From contig NW_021832619.1 in NCBI RefSeq assembly GCF_006345805.1, positions 1 through 36,663 on the forward strand: DNA of 36,663 nucleotides. The letters are read 5' to 3'. Positions 1-12,327 of the stretch are shown piece by piece. The notes beneath the pieces are model-generated. The model saw nothing but the letters and a program-made list of their open reading frames with translations. It was not told where the DNA came from and did not search any database. Position 1 is the first letter of the stretch. Each line of letters begins with the position of its first letter. The stretch is from Octopus sinensis. Its lineage: Eukaryota. The position numbers and the translations under genes are program-made.

Positions 1-189
1 GAAACACACACCCGTATCTGTGTATAATTATTCTACCGCATTGTTAATTTCGACTTTATTTGCAATGTTTTTGTTGTTTTTTTTTCGAATTTCTCTTTGA
101 AGAAACCCCACGGATAAAACCTATTAAATCAACATGTAATAAGTACCTACTTCTCTTCGCTGAATAAACAAATGCTTTACCTGATTTTC

Positions 190-228
190 TCCTCGAATTA
201 TAGAATTTCACATAACAATAATTATAGC

Positions 229-259
<31 letters not shown>

Positions 260-277
260 GTAATAATAATAATAATA

Positions 278-310
<33 letters not shown>

Positions 311-316
311 ACAATA

Positions 317-349
<33 letters not shown>

Positions 350-390
350 ACAATAATAATAATGATAATAATGATAATAATAATAATAGC

Positions 391-425
<35 letters not shown>

Positions 426-734
426 GGAGAAGAAGAAGAAGAGGATGAAGAAGAAGAAGAAGAAGAAGAGGATGAAGAAAAAGACGAAGAAGAAGAAGAG
501 GGTGAAGAAGAAGAAGAGGGTGAAGAAGAAGAAGTAGAAGAAGAAAAAGAAGAAGAAGAGGATGAAGAAGAAGACGAAGAAGAAGAAGAGGGTAAAGAAG
601 AAGAAGTAGAAGGAGAAAAAGAAGACGAAGAAAATGGTAATAATAATAGTTACTGTTATTGTTATCATCTTCATTACTATTACCATTTTATTATTATTAT
701 TATTATCGTTATTATTATTATATTATTATTATTA

Positions 735-789
<55 letters not shown>

Positions 790-790
790 G
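190..790. repeat. Compound trinucleotide microsatellite (AAT)n-(GAA)n-(ATT)n
   Basis: Direct reading; explains the poly-N/poly-K/poly-L/poly-Y ORFs 172..537, 222..686 and 634..915. Confidence 0.97.
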
Positions 791-1206
791 CATACCACCA
801 CCTTTCTCTCCTTGAAACACCGTTCCATAAACGGGTTCAGCCCCATCGCCATCCATTTCTACTCAACCTCTATTATCATTATATAATTATTTACACACAA
901 CGTTTAATGAAATAAGCAATAGAGAATACAAATTAAATCTCAAGTATATTTATATATCGTTAAAATATCTCTTTACGTATCCCACTTGCCATGTGGTAAA
1001 TGATAAGCAAATAGTTAGCATTTCATATTTCTTGGCTAATAAAACGTCAAGAAAAACATCCAAATTTATAAACAAACTTTTCTTCTTTGTACAACAACGG
1101 CCTCTTCGTGTTGCCAACAATTAAATCACGCAAGAATAATTTTCAAATTTTGCTGTTGCACAAGGAAATAAAGCTTATCTGAAATAGCGAATATTTATAA
1201 TATATA

Positions 1207-1595
1207 TTTATATATAAAAGAGAAGTTGTGTGTCTCTCTCCTACGATTTAGATTCCTAACTACTCCCACATTTTGCGGTGCAGTGTAACTAAAAGCGGGT
1301 ATCTTATAGTCGTAATTCATATGGAGCCCTTCTGGGTATTAGCGCGCGTCTACGATGAGTCTACGATTTTTTAAATAATTTACCATCATTTTTTCCATTT
1401 TAATGCATTTTTTTCGCTAAGGGAAGTAACTCTCTAAAAATGTCTACGATGAGTCAACGATTTAAAAAACATTTTACCATAATTTTTTTTCCATTTTTAA
1501 TGCATTTTTTTGCTATTTCTTGGCTATAACTCTCTAAAAATGCTTATATAGTTATTTCCCTTACAAACCCGAGCAACGCCGGGCGATACTGCTAG
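1207..1595 (+). mobile_element. Non-autonomous Helitron-like element
   Basis: 3' end is a CCCG-agcaacgc-CGGG hairpin (1568-1583) 8 nt before CTAG|t (1592-1596). 5' end a|TTTATATATAAAAG resembles a TC-start HINE end. Internal ~94-bp direct repeat starts at 1348 and 1442. Confidence 0.75.
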
Positions 1596-1962
1596 TAATA
1601 TATACAAGGATGCGACCTGCGATATTTTGTCGCAGTAGATACTTCTAACTACGTAGGCGTAGCTTTTATGATCCGAGAACGAAAGCTTAGACCATGGAAG
1701 GGTACCGCACCTCTCCTCCAATACCTAAGAGGATCAAAACACAGCGATAAGCACAGAAAGTCAAGGTGGCTGTCATTGTTCATGACAAATTGGCCATCCT
1801 CCTTGAATGTCACACTATTTCTTTAAATGTTCTGTGTTCTGGCATTTACATGTATTGACAAAAAATTTTGAGATGTATTGTGCAACAGATTCTATTAACA
1901 GCACGCGCTCGCAGACACACACACACACTTAGGATTCATAAATAATTGTTATTAACACTCCT

Positions 1963-2800
1963 CAGGCGGAGAGCTAGTAGAATGGTTAGCGCACAGTGTG
2001 AGCTGGCTCAAACGTTAGCATGTTAGCAAAGGCTTCGAGCTGGCAGAAACGTTAGTACACCGGGTGAAATGTTTAGCGGTATTTCGTCTGTCGTTACGTT
2101 CTGAGTTCAAATTCCGCCGAGGTCGACTTTGCCTTTCATCCTTTCGGGGGTCGATAAATTAAGTACCAGTTACGCACTGGGGTCGATGTAATCGACTTAA
2201 TACCTATGTCTGTCCTTGTTTGTCCCCTCTGTGTTTAGCCCCTTGAGGGCAATAAAGAAATAGGTATTTCGTCTGTCGTTACGTTCTGAGTTCAAATTCC
2301 GCCGAAGTCGACTTTGCCTTTCATCCTTTCGGGATCGATAAATTAAGTACCAGATACACACTCTGGGTCGATGTAATCGACTTAATCCGTTTGTCTGTCC
2401 TTGTTTGTCCCCTTTATGTTTAGCCCCTGAGGGCAATAAAGAAATAAGAATGGTTAGCGCACAGGGCAAAATGCTTTGCAACATTTAGTCCGTCTTCACG
2501 TTGTGAGTTCAAATTCCGCCGTGGTCGACTTTGCTATCCTTCCGTTTGGGCGTCAATGAAATAAGTATCACTTCAGTACTGGGGTCAATGTAATCGACTT
2601 AATTCCTCCTCAAATTTGCTGGCTTCGCATCAAAATTTAAAACCTGAAGGCGGTAAACTGGCAGAAACTTTAGGTCGCTAGGCAAAATACTTAGCGGCAT
2701 TTCCTCTGTCTTAATGTTCCGAGTTCAAATTTCGCCGTAGTCGAATTTGCTTTACATCCTTTCGGGGTTCGGTGATTGCTGGGATCGATGTACTCGACAT
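1963..2800 (+). mobile_element. Cluster of tRNA-headed SINE copies (family M, central gcctttcatcctttcggggtcgataaattaagtaccag domain) with tandemly repeated bodies
   Basis: Repeated heads (ggcg-agct(g/a)g(c/t)agaa), box-B-like gagttcaaatt, and the same body repeated at ~2075, ~2265, ~2490 and ~2700. The same family occurs at 14946, 18998, 26465 and 35785. Confidence 0.9.
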
Positions 2801-2811
2801 TATACACACAT

Positions 2812-2842
<31 letters not shown>

Positions 2843-2922
2843 TATGTATAAATATATATATATAAATAAATATATATATATATATATTATATATATATAT
2901 ATATATAATATACACATATATA

Positions 2923-3103
2923 GGAGAATTCACAAAAAAAGCGAAAGACGAAGACAGGTGGTGTATGAAGCAAATAGATGTATTATTATAACGTTCGGGA
3001 ATTGAAAAAAAGTCTTTAACGTTTCGAGCCTACGCTCTTCTACAGAAAGGAACACAGAAGGAAACAAGGAGAGAAAAAATGTGTGTAGTGGCTAATGACT
3101 CAT
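2923..3103 (-). mobile_element. Short HHR-like repeat, family H3, copy 1
   Basis: Homologous to 12328-12536, 22494-22675 and 23235-23410. Minus strand 3050-3013 reads ccttt-CTGTAGA-a-GAGC-gtag-GCTC-GAAA-cg-T-T-aaaga. The 3' end abuts (TA)n. Confidence 0.75.
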
Positions 3104-3816
3104 TAAATTGTCTACCCGCTAGAAATAAGAACCGCCAAAAGGTTTTCACTGAAAACAACAGATTCAACGGTATAATATACAACTATGTAAATGTAGTCAA
3201 GTGTAAATGTCAGCAGGATTTCTAGTGTTATTCGGTTGTAAAACATGAATTTACCAAGTGTTTAATATCGTGTGCAGCGAACACCTTAGAAATCCGTTTT
3301 CTTATCGCAGAAGATTCCCATAACAAAAATTATCTCTGAGAAAATATAAAATATATCTATACCCAATTAGCGTAATGGATTTGAGTTGTCGCTAAAAATA
3401 ATTAGATCTGAGACACCAGAGAATAATTCTGCTTTATGATTTGATTTATGCCTACAATCCATCATGTTTGGTCGTCTTAGGAAATGCACTTGTTAAAATG
3501 AAATTTGCCGTTTTGAGTAAACACCGATAGGGTATACATATCTCATTGTCGGATTCATAGTTTTTCCCTTTCTAATATCAATTTCTTTCAAAATACTTTT
3601 TCTGTCTTACACTTTTCTATGTCTTACACATTTGTTTCATTCATTAAAGTTCGGCCAGTCAGAAATATATACAGAAAAGTTGAAGATCAGTCACTGGTGT
3701 TGCAAGTAGGTGCTCGACTGATTAAAAATCCATTAATCACAGCATAGTTAGTATTGGATTAAACTAAACATTTATGTATTTTTCTTCATTTAAATACATC
3801 GTGGTAGTTAAAATAT

Positions 3817-4189
3817 GGATGGATGGAAGCACTCCGTCGGTTACAACGATGAGAGTTCCGGTTGATCCGAATCAACGGAACAGCCTGCTCGTGAAATTAA
3901 CGTGTAAATGGCTGAGCACTCCACAGACACGTGTACCCTTAACGTAGTTCTCGGGGATATTCAGCGTAACACAGAGAGTGACAAGGCCGGCCCCTTGAAA
4001 TACAGGTACAACAGAAACAGGAATTAAGAGAAAGTTGTGGTGAAAGTGTACAGCAGGGATCACCACCATCCCCTGCCGGAGCCTCGTGGAGCTTTTTTAG
4101 GTGTTTTCGCTCAATAAAGACTCAACGCCCGGTCTGGGAATCGAAACCGCGAGTCCGCTGCCCTAACCACTGGGCCATTGCGCCTCCAC
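3817..4189 (-). mobile_element. tRNA-derived SINE with 11-bp target-site duplication
   Basis: Minus strand starts ggaggcgcaatggcccagtggttagg (box A) ... ggtttcgattccc (box B) and ends in a (TCCA)n tail. Flanked by AGTTAAAATAT at 3806-3816 and 4190-4200. Confidence 0.9.
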
Positions 4190-4361
4190 AGTTAAAATAT
4201 ACTGCAGTGCTGAATTCGGTCTCAGCATAATAGCTGTGAATACACGCTACTGATAACGCTCAATGAGGCTGGAATACGTCCAACATTAGCATTCGCCGTA
4301 GCTAGGACAAGTTCCGTCTCCGTTATATAGAAACTGTGTTATCTAACACAACCCTTCCATG

Positions 4362-4765
4362 TATTGGGTTGGCAACTAAGTTCCCACCGTTTACTTTTTT
4401 AATTTTGGAATTGATTGCGTTTTTAAATTTTGGAATCTATTTTTTCCGAGAATTCTATTTTTGAATCATTTTGGAATCTATTTTCTTTGCTAGCTAATTT
4501 TAGTCAATTTTTAATTATTTTTAGATCATTAAAATGGAATGTCAAGTTAAGAAAAGCGAGCATTTTCGACACCTCCTTTTTGCCTTTAATCAAGGTTCTA
4601 CGGCCAGTAAAGCTTCTCGCGAAATTTGTGTTGAGTATGGAGAGGGTGCTATAGCTGAAAGAACCTCTCGTGGTGCGTATGCCAAGTTAAAAATTTTGAT
4701 CTCAAAGATGCACCTCGTTCTGGCTGTCCAGTTAAGTTCGATGAAGAGCGATTAAACCAACACGA
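4362..4765 (+). pseudogene. 5' fragment of a mariner transposon (TIR plus N-terminal HTH), mellifera-like
   Basis: TIR-like TA-ttgggttggcaactaag at 4362. ORF 4534..4755 (EHFRHLLFAFNQG...EICVEYGEGAIAERT) matches mariner N-termini. Frameshifted and truncated. Confidence 0.88.
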
Positions 4766-5241
4766 AAATGAGATATACTCAGCTATATTAATTTAATCCT
4801 GCTTGTAATGCATGTATAAAGAATAAAGAATAAAAATCATACGACATATTCACTTACGCACGTTTCAAATGATCCGGTGAGCTGAATACGTTGTACATTG
4901 ATATTTATTTGCTTAATCAATCCCTTAATTAATCGATTTATCATCTAATTTATGAAGCAGTTTTCTCTGAGCCAGTCTTTTCTGAGCTTTAAAAGCAGCT
5001 GTTTGATGTTATATTGGAAGATATACACAATCTAAAATAGAAGAGTGTAGCTGAAAGCAGATGCATTAGCTTTCTTCACATCAGTTCTTTTACTGTACCG
5101 TATTCTTTGTCTGAAGAGATAGTTCTCTATCAGATTCAGTAGAGTTGAAATGTATAGGAACACATTACCAGTAGTACCTGTTTAATATCAAAATAAAGCG
5201 GGTTGACTGTAGAAACTTTTAAATCACGCTATGAACAGCAA

Positions 5242-5520
5242 GCGCATGCCTTTGTACCGAGTCACAAAACCCAAGCAACGTCTCTGCTTCACTGCGCCTG
5301 GAAGTTCAAAAGCAGAATTCACAACACTTCTATGAGAATGTAGTATCCTTAAAAATCCTATACCTTATGTAGTTGTTATGTACAGTGCGCGCATTCCTTT
5401 ATACCCAGTCACAAAATCCAAGCAACTTCTCTGTCTCACTGCATTCGAAAGCTCAAAAGTAGAAGAATTCCCAATACCTTCATTAAAATGCAGTATCCTT
5501 TGAAATTCTATAGCTTCTAT
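5242..5520. repeat. Diverged tandem duplication, period 147 bp
   Basis: gcgcat(g/t)ccttt(g/a)tacc...gtcacaaaa(c/t)ccaagcaac begins at 5242 and 5389. Confidence 0.85.
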
Positions 5521-5859
5521 AGTCGGTCGCTTTACTTTTACCTTCATATTTTTTTTTATCCTTCCTTCTTGTTTTACCTTTTGCACTTACGCTTTTGGTT
5601 TACCATTCTCTATCCTTATAGATTAAACTCTAACTTTCAACCTACAGCTTCTTCCTACACAATCTCCTTCATCTAATAGATCATTGATATAAGCAAGATA
5701 TAACACCAACGACAACAGCTGTTACTTTTGAAGCGGAAGCAAAACGCCATCAACAACAGCAGCAACAACATCAATACAAAATGACTGCCACTAGATCACC
5801 AATCAGTGCGAGTTACGAATCAATTCCAATGCAGATCACCGATAAACATTATTGCAGCA

Positions 5860-6069
5860 GCAAGCAGCAGCAGCAGAAGTGGCAGCTGCAGCTGTTGTAG
5901 TAGTAATAGTTTGTATTGTTATTGTTGTTGTTGTTGTTTATTTAGTCCTTCAACCCCCCCCCCCACTAATGTCTGCACACTATGCTTATACCATACTGCA
6001 ATGCTGAAATTAATTTTCAAATTCTAAGTTGCTCACTTTAAATTAAATTCTGGATGATTTAGTGACAAT

Positions 6070-6127
<58 letters not shown>

Positions 6128-6565
6128 GTGATGGTGATGGTGATGGTGATAACGACGATGATGATGGTGGTGGTGTCGGTGGTAGTGGTGTTAATTATAA
6201 TCATTATTACATTGCTGATATTCGCGTGGTGATGGTTATGTTGTTGTTGTTGTTGCTGATGCTGAGGACATATGATGACGACGAAGACGATGACGGTGGT
6301 AATGATGATGATGATGATGATGCTGATCATCATCATCATCATCATCATCGTCGTCGTCATCATGGTGACTAATGAAAATTTTGGAACTTATGCAACTCTT
6401 GCTGCTGCAAAGGAAGATGATAATGAGAATGAAGACGATGATGGCGATGATGGCGATGATGATGAAAATTATGACAAGATTAATGGTGGCACTAGCGCTG
6501 TTGCTGCTGCTGCTGCCGGGGATAAGGATGAAGACGATGACGACGTTTACAATGATGATGACCAT
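5860..6565. repeat. Compound (GCA)/(GTT)/(GAT)/(ATC)n microsatellite block
   Basis: Direct reading; explains the poly-M/I/H/D ORFs at 6043-6607. Confidence 0.93.
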
Positions 6566-7104
6566 GATGTAAATGAATCATTGCCGAGATGTACCAATTT
6601 TTTATGACCAACTCAGTCAATTACATCTGTAATATCCCAACCACTGCCATATAAAAACTACCCTTATCACTCCTTAACTTTTTTGTTTGAGTATCCCACC
6701 ACGAATCCCTTATCTTTTTGGATACTTAAAAATGCTGGTATATATATACTTGGTTAATGGACATTTGCCTTTAATCTATAGTCTCACCTGACACGCTGGG
6801 TACGTCTAGCAGGGTACCTTCTTTTACAAGCATATGAGCAGGTCTCTGTTTTGAGAATACTTTCCACCTTAATTGTTACAAGCCACGATGGCTCTGCAAA
6901 GTACCATAGCCACTACATTGCCACCTGCAATATGATTTATAAAACAAGACATTCAATTGTGGTTCGATCTTGTTTCACTTTCACTAGGTCCAATGCAAAA
7001 CTGTCACCCAAAGTTATAAATATTAAGGAGTAAATTTGAACAGTCTGGGTACTATAACATCATGCATGCCTACTGCATAAACAAACGAGCGGCAACTAAT
7101 TAAA

Positions 7105-7200
7105 TCGAACCAAGTACTTAACCGTACCATTATTTTATCGACCTCGGAAGGTTGAAGGGTCATTTGATGTCGACTGACATTAAGGTGAAAAACCGGAAGA
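7105..7200 (-). mobile_element. Diverged family-M SINE fragment
   Basis: ttttatcgacctcggaaggttgaagg is a degenerate reverse complement of the family-M central domain. Confidence 0.55.
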
Positions 7201-7960
7201 GCTGGAGCGAAATTTTCACGTTAGTTCGACACACTAAATATTGGCAAATAAAACGCTGTAATAGCAGTTACATTATCCTAAAGAGAAACACGAAACCATT
7301 ACCACATTTCTTCAAAGAAAAAAGAACTGATCAAAATAGTTGGAAGTTGAACACGTGAAAACTCTGTTCTATCAAAATTAGCATTTACCAACTTGTGTAA
7401 TCATACACTGATCCCGGAAATGCTTTCTAAGGATTGATATAGTCTCACCTTAAAGACAGAGAATACACGATTACTCCTTAATGTACGTGATGAAAAGCCA
7501 GCATCACATCATTGTGGTTCGGTGGCCGTTGGGGAACTTCTAATGGTCAGTGATACATCACCATCTGTGATTTGTTTCTGTTCTTCCCTGAAAAATCTCA
7601 TCGAGCAAGAAGTTTTGAGCTGGGACAGAGTGACTCTACGTTTCTCTACAAGTAACTATAATGGCCCAAAATGTGTATTCAGTATTCTTTCTGTCACCTC
7701 TTGAGTTTGATACTTATATTCATACATATATGCACAAACACGCCCATAGAAATACACAAACACACACACAGACACACGCACACATCATGATGTATATATA
7801 TATAATGTGGATTTTTAATGCGATCATTGGTTTCAACAATATGATTGCAGGTATGAAGCCTTCCCTTAAGAAATATTGCTAATATATACATATATATAAA
7901 TTTATAGAGAGACAGAGAGAAGATGATATATAGATGCATAACTATATTCTTCTATGCGTA

Positions 7961-8440
7961 CGTACGGGGTACGGGGAATAAAATGTCAGCTAAATTACGC
8001 AAAAAATGGAAATAATATTGACATCTCATTTTAACATATATCTATCAAAATTACATAAAAATATCTTGAAATACTAAAGAGTAAATATATTCAATAATAT
8101 CGTCATTGGTTTCAACCATGGTTGACTTCGGAATCTCCTGCGACTTTTCTGGACGGTCTCTCTGTTTAAGTTGGTGAATGCTGCCATAATCCTTGTCTTC
8201 AGTTAATCTTTAGTGTTACAAGGAATTTTGTTGGTCTCCCCCTCAATTGCACTCCACGCATAACTATCATGGGGGTTGCTGTCTGGTGAGTTAGGTGGCC
8301 AGATGTTAGGAGTGATGTGGTGGTAGAAATTGTTTGAAAGCCATGACAGGGTTCTCCTGTTGCCAGACATAGAGTCTTCCAGCAACCACCCTCTTCAATT
8401 TCCGTTGCCATCATCAGTTAAGCCATCCTACATATGTCTC
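7961..8440 (-). pseudogene. 3' fragment of a Tc1/mariner-superfamily (maT/DD37D-like) transposase with terminal repeat region
   Basis: ORF 8203..8385 contains RRTLSWLSNNFYHHITPNIWPPNSPDSNPHDSYAW, the WPPxSPDxNPxD motif of Tc1/maT catalytic domains. Confidence 0.85.
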
Positions 8441-8592
8441 TAATGGGTAGGGTATTGTATGTCCAGTTGTGTTGCATTCGTCAATGCAGCCTATCTCGTC
8501 AGGTGTCTCGTTTTAAATGGGATACCTCACTACATATACTGAGCTTCGCTTGCCATGTCGTCCGTAGTATGTTGGCTACACTGACCATATCC

Positions 8593-8644
<52 letters not shown>

Positions 8645-9155
8645 TAGGGAATAAATCCAAACTTACAGGAAAAATCAGATTTAGGATTGAATCCAATTTT
8701 ATAGTAAAATATTATATTATATTAAATTAGAGATAAAACTACTATTAGGCAAATCATACATTGAAAATCTTAAGCCAATACATAAGATTAATTAATTTAT
8801 ATTATTTAAATATATATCAAAATTATTAAAAAAGATAATTATATAACCTACGATCGTTCACATGGCTGTTCAATTCTTACAATTTTCGAGTTACAGTCAT
8901 TTTGGTATATATATATATATATATATAATAGAAATATTAAAATAACTAAGTCTCTCTAAAAGAGAACAGCGGCAGCGTCCCGGAAAATAATAGTTATATC
9001 GCCATACTAATATGGCTTTCTTATAAAATAAGAAAAAGCTGTCCGCTTATTAGCTCCATGAGGCCATCGCCTTAAGTTAGCTATTTGATATACAAACTGT
9101 ATCCATATAACCTTCGAACAAGGGAGGTCAGTCGCTCCACACTACTTGACCGGCA

Positions 9156-9197
9156 GCTACAGACGCGTTTCGGGGTATTGCCCCTTTTCAATGCAGC
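9156..9197 (-). ncRNA. Minimal type I hammerhead ribozyme, U3-A8 variant
   Basis: Exact reverse complement of 9443-9484. Confidence 0.8.
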
Positions 9198-9442
9198 GTA
9201 GCCAGCCAGTAGGTGTCGCTTCCGACAATCTCTGTTCGATGGTTTTATTTACCTAGTTTCGGTAATGCCATATTAGTATGGCGATAACTATTATTTTCCG
9301 GGAACGCTGCCGCTGTTCTCTTTTAGAGAGACTTAGTTTTTTAATATTTCTATTATTGAAAACAGTGGATGTATTCCACCGAACTAGGTAAATAAAACCA
9401 TCGAACAGAGATTGTCGGAAGCGACACCTACTGGCTGGCTAC

Positions 9443-9484
9443 GCTGCATTGAAAAGGGGCAATACCCCGAAACGCGTCTGTAGC
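9443..9484 (+). ncRNA. Minimal type I hammerhead ribozyme, U3-A8 variant
   Basis: Stem I GCUGCA/UGUAGC; core UUGAAAA; stem II GGGG-caaua-CCCC; GAA; palindromic stem III ACGCGU; GUC cleavage triplet ending at 9478. Confidence 0.82.
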
Positions 9485-9654
9485 TGCCGGTCAATAGTGT
9501 GGAGCGACTGACCTCCCTTGTTCGAAGGTTATATGGATACAGTTTGTGTATCAAATAGCTAACTTAAGGCGATGGCCTCATGGAGCTAATAAGCGGACAG
9601 CTTTTTTCTTATTTTTATAAGAATGCCATATTGTATGGCGATAACTATTATTTT

Positions 9655-9679
9655 ATATATATATATAATATATATATAG

Positions 9680-9737
<58 letters not shown>

Positions 9738-11100
9738 GTGTATGTATGTATGTAAGTATGTATGTATGTAGGTATGTATGTATGTATGTATGTATGTATG
9801 TATGTTTGTATGTATGTATATACGGATTGCTGGATGGATTGCTGGATCGAAGGGTGTATGTAATTATGTATACTATTTTCGTTATTACTTATATTACTTA
9901 TAGCAACTGAGATTAACTCTGAGTTATACATTATCGTCTATTCCAAATCTCATGTGAATGATTTCTGAGGTAAGACATCGACTAATAATTCATGCAGCTT
10001 CATCAAATAAAAATACGTACACTACTTCACGAATTACGAGTACTTTATCCCCAAGCGGCAAAATACAAATGTTATTTCATCTGTATATCTATCTATCTAT
10101 CTGTCTGTCTGTCTGCCTGTTTTTCTACTTATTTATTTGTTAGTCTGTCTATCTATCTCTTACTCTATCTGCATCACTCTCTCTTTCTCTCTCTCTCACA
10201 ATATATATATATATATATATATATAAGTATATTAGTGTATGCATATATACATATAAATATATACGTATACATATATCTAGACATACATTTCTATATATGT
10301 ATATACGTGTTTGTATATATCCGTAGCACACCAACACATGCAGAGAAACACATGCATACATACATACATACATACAACGTACATACATACACACACATAC
10401 ATGTATACATACATACATACACACATACATACATACATACATACGTACATACGTACATACATACACACACACATACATACATACGTACATACATACATAC
10501 GTACATACACACACACATACATACAACATACATACATACACACACATACATGTATACATACATACATACACACATACATACATACATACATACGTACATA
10601 CGTACATACATACATACGTACATACACACACACATACATACAACATACATACATACACACACATACATGTATACATACATACATACACACATACATACAT
10701 ACATACATTCGTACGTACATACATACATACATACACACACACATACATACATACGTACATACATACATACGTACATACACACACACATACATACAACATA
10801 CATACATACACACACATACATGTATACATACATACATACACACATACATACATACATACATACGTACATACGTACGTACGTACATACATACATACATACA
10901 CACACACATACATATATACGTACATACATACATACGTACATACATGCATACATACACACATACATACATACACACATACACACATACATACTACATGCGT
11001 ACGTACATACATACATACATACATGCATACATACATACATACATACATACATACATACATACATACATACACACATACTTACATACATACATATAAGTGT
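9655..11100. repeat. (TA)/(GT)/(TATG)n tracts and a long (TACA)n array with higher-order ~120-150 bp units
   Basis: Direct reading. The block catacaacatacatacatacacacacatacatgtatac recurs several times between 10370 and 10900 and explains the long HTYI/MYVC ORFs. Confidence 0.93.
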
Positions 11101-12177
11101 ATAATGGACTACTGCATGTAGAGTCGATTTGGTCGTTATATCATAATTCAATTTCATTTGAAAGTAGAAACATCGAAAAGATAATGAGAGACAAAATGGC
11201 CGACATAAATGATCGCTGTGAGGGATGTTACTGCTGCAGAGCAATGATGTATCGAGTTAAAATACTACATGGCAAATAAATGGTTAAAACATAATAGACA
11301 CTGATTGGTATGTCTTGGATGAAGTAAAGGAATAGATCTATGTATACATACATACATACATACATACCTACATACATACATACATACATAATTCATATAT
11401 ACAAATACATACATATATATCTATATATATAATATATATATATATTATATATATATATGTATATATATGTATATGTATATATATATATATGTACATCTGT
11501 TATATAATATTGTTGTTTTCTAATTTCTTATCGGATAAGAAAATAAATTAAAATTACAACAAACGCACAAACACAGACACACATGCACACGCAACATATA
11601 TATGTACATAGATATATACATACACACATACGTGTATGTATATATACATACACACATACGTGTATGTATATATACACACATATTAAGAGGAATACATATT
11701 AAGCGGAAAAATTACGAAATTGACATAGAAGTCAATAGACGTATGAGATTTTCGAAAAAAATATTTCGAATATAAAACCGTCAGTTAGAAGGTTCCCTGT
11801 TGAAGTCTATCAAATATGGCAGACTGCACGTTGTTAGGAGAGAAATTTATTATCGAAAATTACGTGTGTCACGGTCTAGCTGATTGGTTACGAAAGCTAT
11901 TTTGTAACCGATGTCGTGTCGAGTTCACTTCCACAGCACAGAAACATCAGGAAATCTAATCCGCTATTGTCGCTAGCGAACGAAAAATTTGACAGTGAAG
12001 TGACTTTTGACAGTGAATTTGACGGGACGCTCGCAAGGTTATGAAATCAGCAGGAGAGAAATGCGCGCCAGTTCGTAGATCTTCCTCACGACTCCATTAC
12101 TGCGTACTCTCTCCTCTCACTCGATCAACTAGTATCTAAGCTTCACTCAATATTCTTTTTGCCATTGCTCATAGTAT

Positions 12178-12219
<42 letters not shown>

Positions 12220-12327
12220 TATAATATATTATATATATATAATATATATATATATTATATAATGTATGTATATATATATATATATTATATAGATATTATA
12301 TATATATATGCATATATATATATAAGA

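Larger units (their letters stand above)
8925..9654. mobile_element. Inverted/partial-tandem HHR-bearing element, family H1 (Penelope-like pLTR or retrozyme-like)
   Basis: 8925-9016 is the inverse of 9264-9356, and 9017-9263 is the inverse of 9378-9621. Direct repeat aatgccatat.. at 9264 and 9622 (358-bp period). Flanked by (TA)n on both sides, with one HHR per arm. Confidence 0.85.

Noticed and set aside
172-915. Poly-N/K/L/Y ORFs
   Set aside because: Trinucleotide microsatellites.
1348-1541. Direct repeats as a CRISPR-like array
   Set aside because: Only two long units, inside a Helitron-like element, with no unique spacers, in eukaryotic context.
3817-4189. tRNA-like heads here and in SINE families C, M and R as true tRNA genes
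   Set aside because: Box A/B are present but there is no complete cloverleaf; each continues into a SINE body and is multi-copy.
8484-8505. CTGACGA core on the minus strand next to (TA)n
   Set aside because: Not followed by a closed stem II plus GAAA, and no stem I partner found.
8621-8905. AT-rich segment between (TA)n tracts with a short peptide LLGKSYIENLKPI reminiscent of a GIY-YIG C-terminus
   Set aside because: Too short and low in complexity to support a PLE endonuclease call; no HHR found.
9992-11244. Long ORFs of 234-370 aa on both strands
   Set aside because: Translations of (TACA)n/(TATG)n repeats; simple even-period repeats lack stops in several frames.
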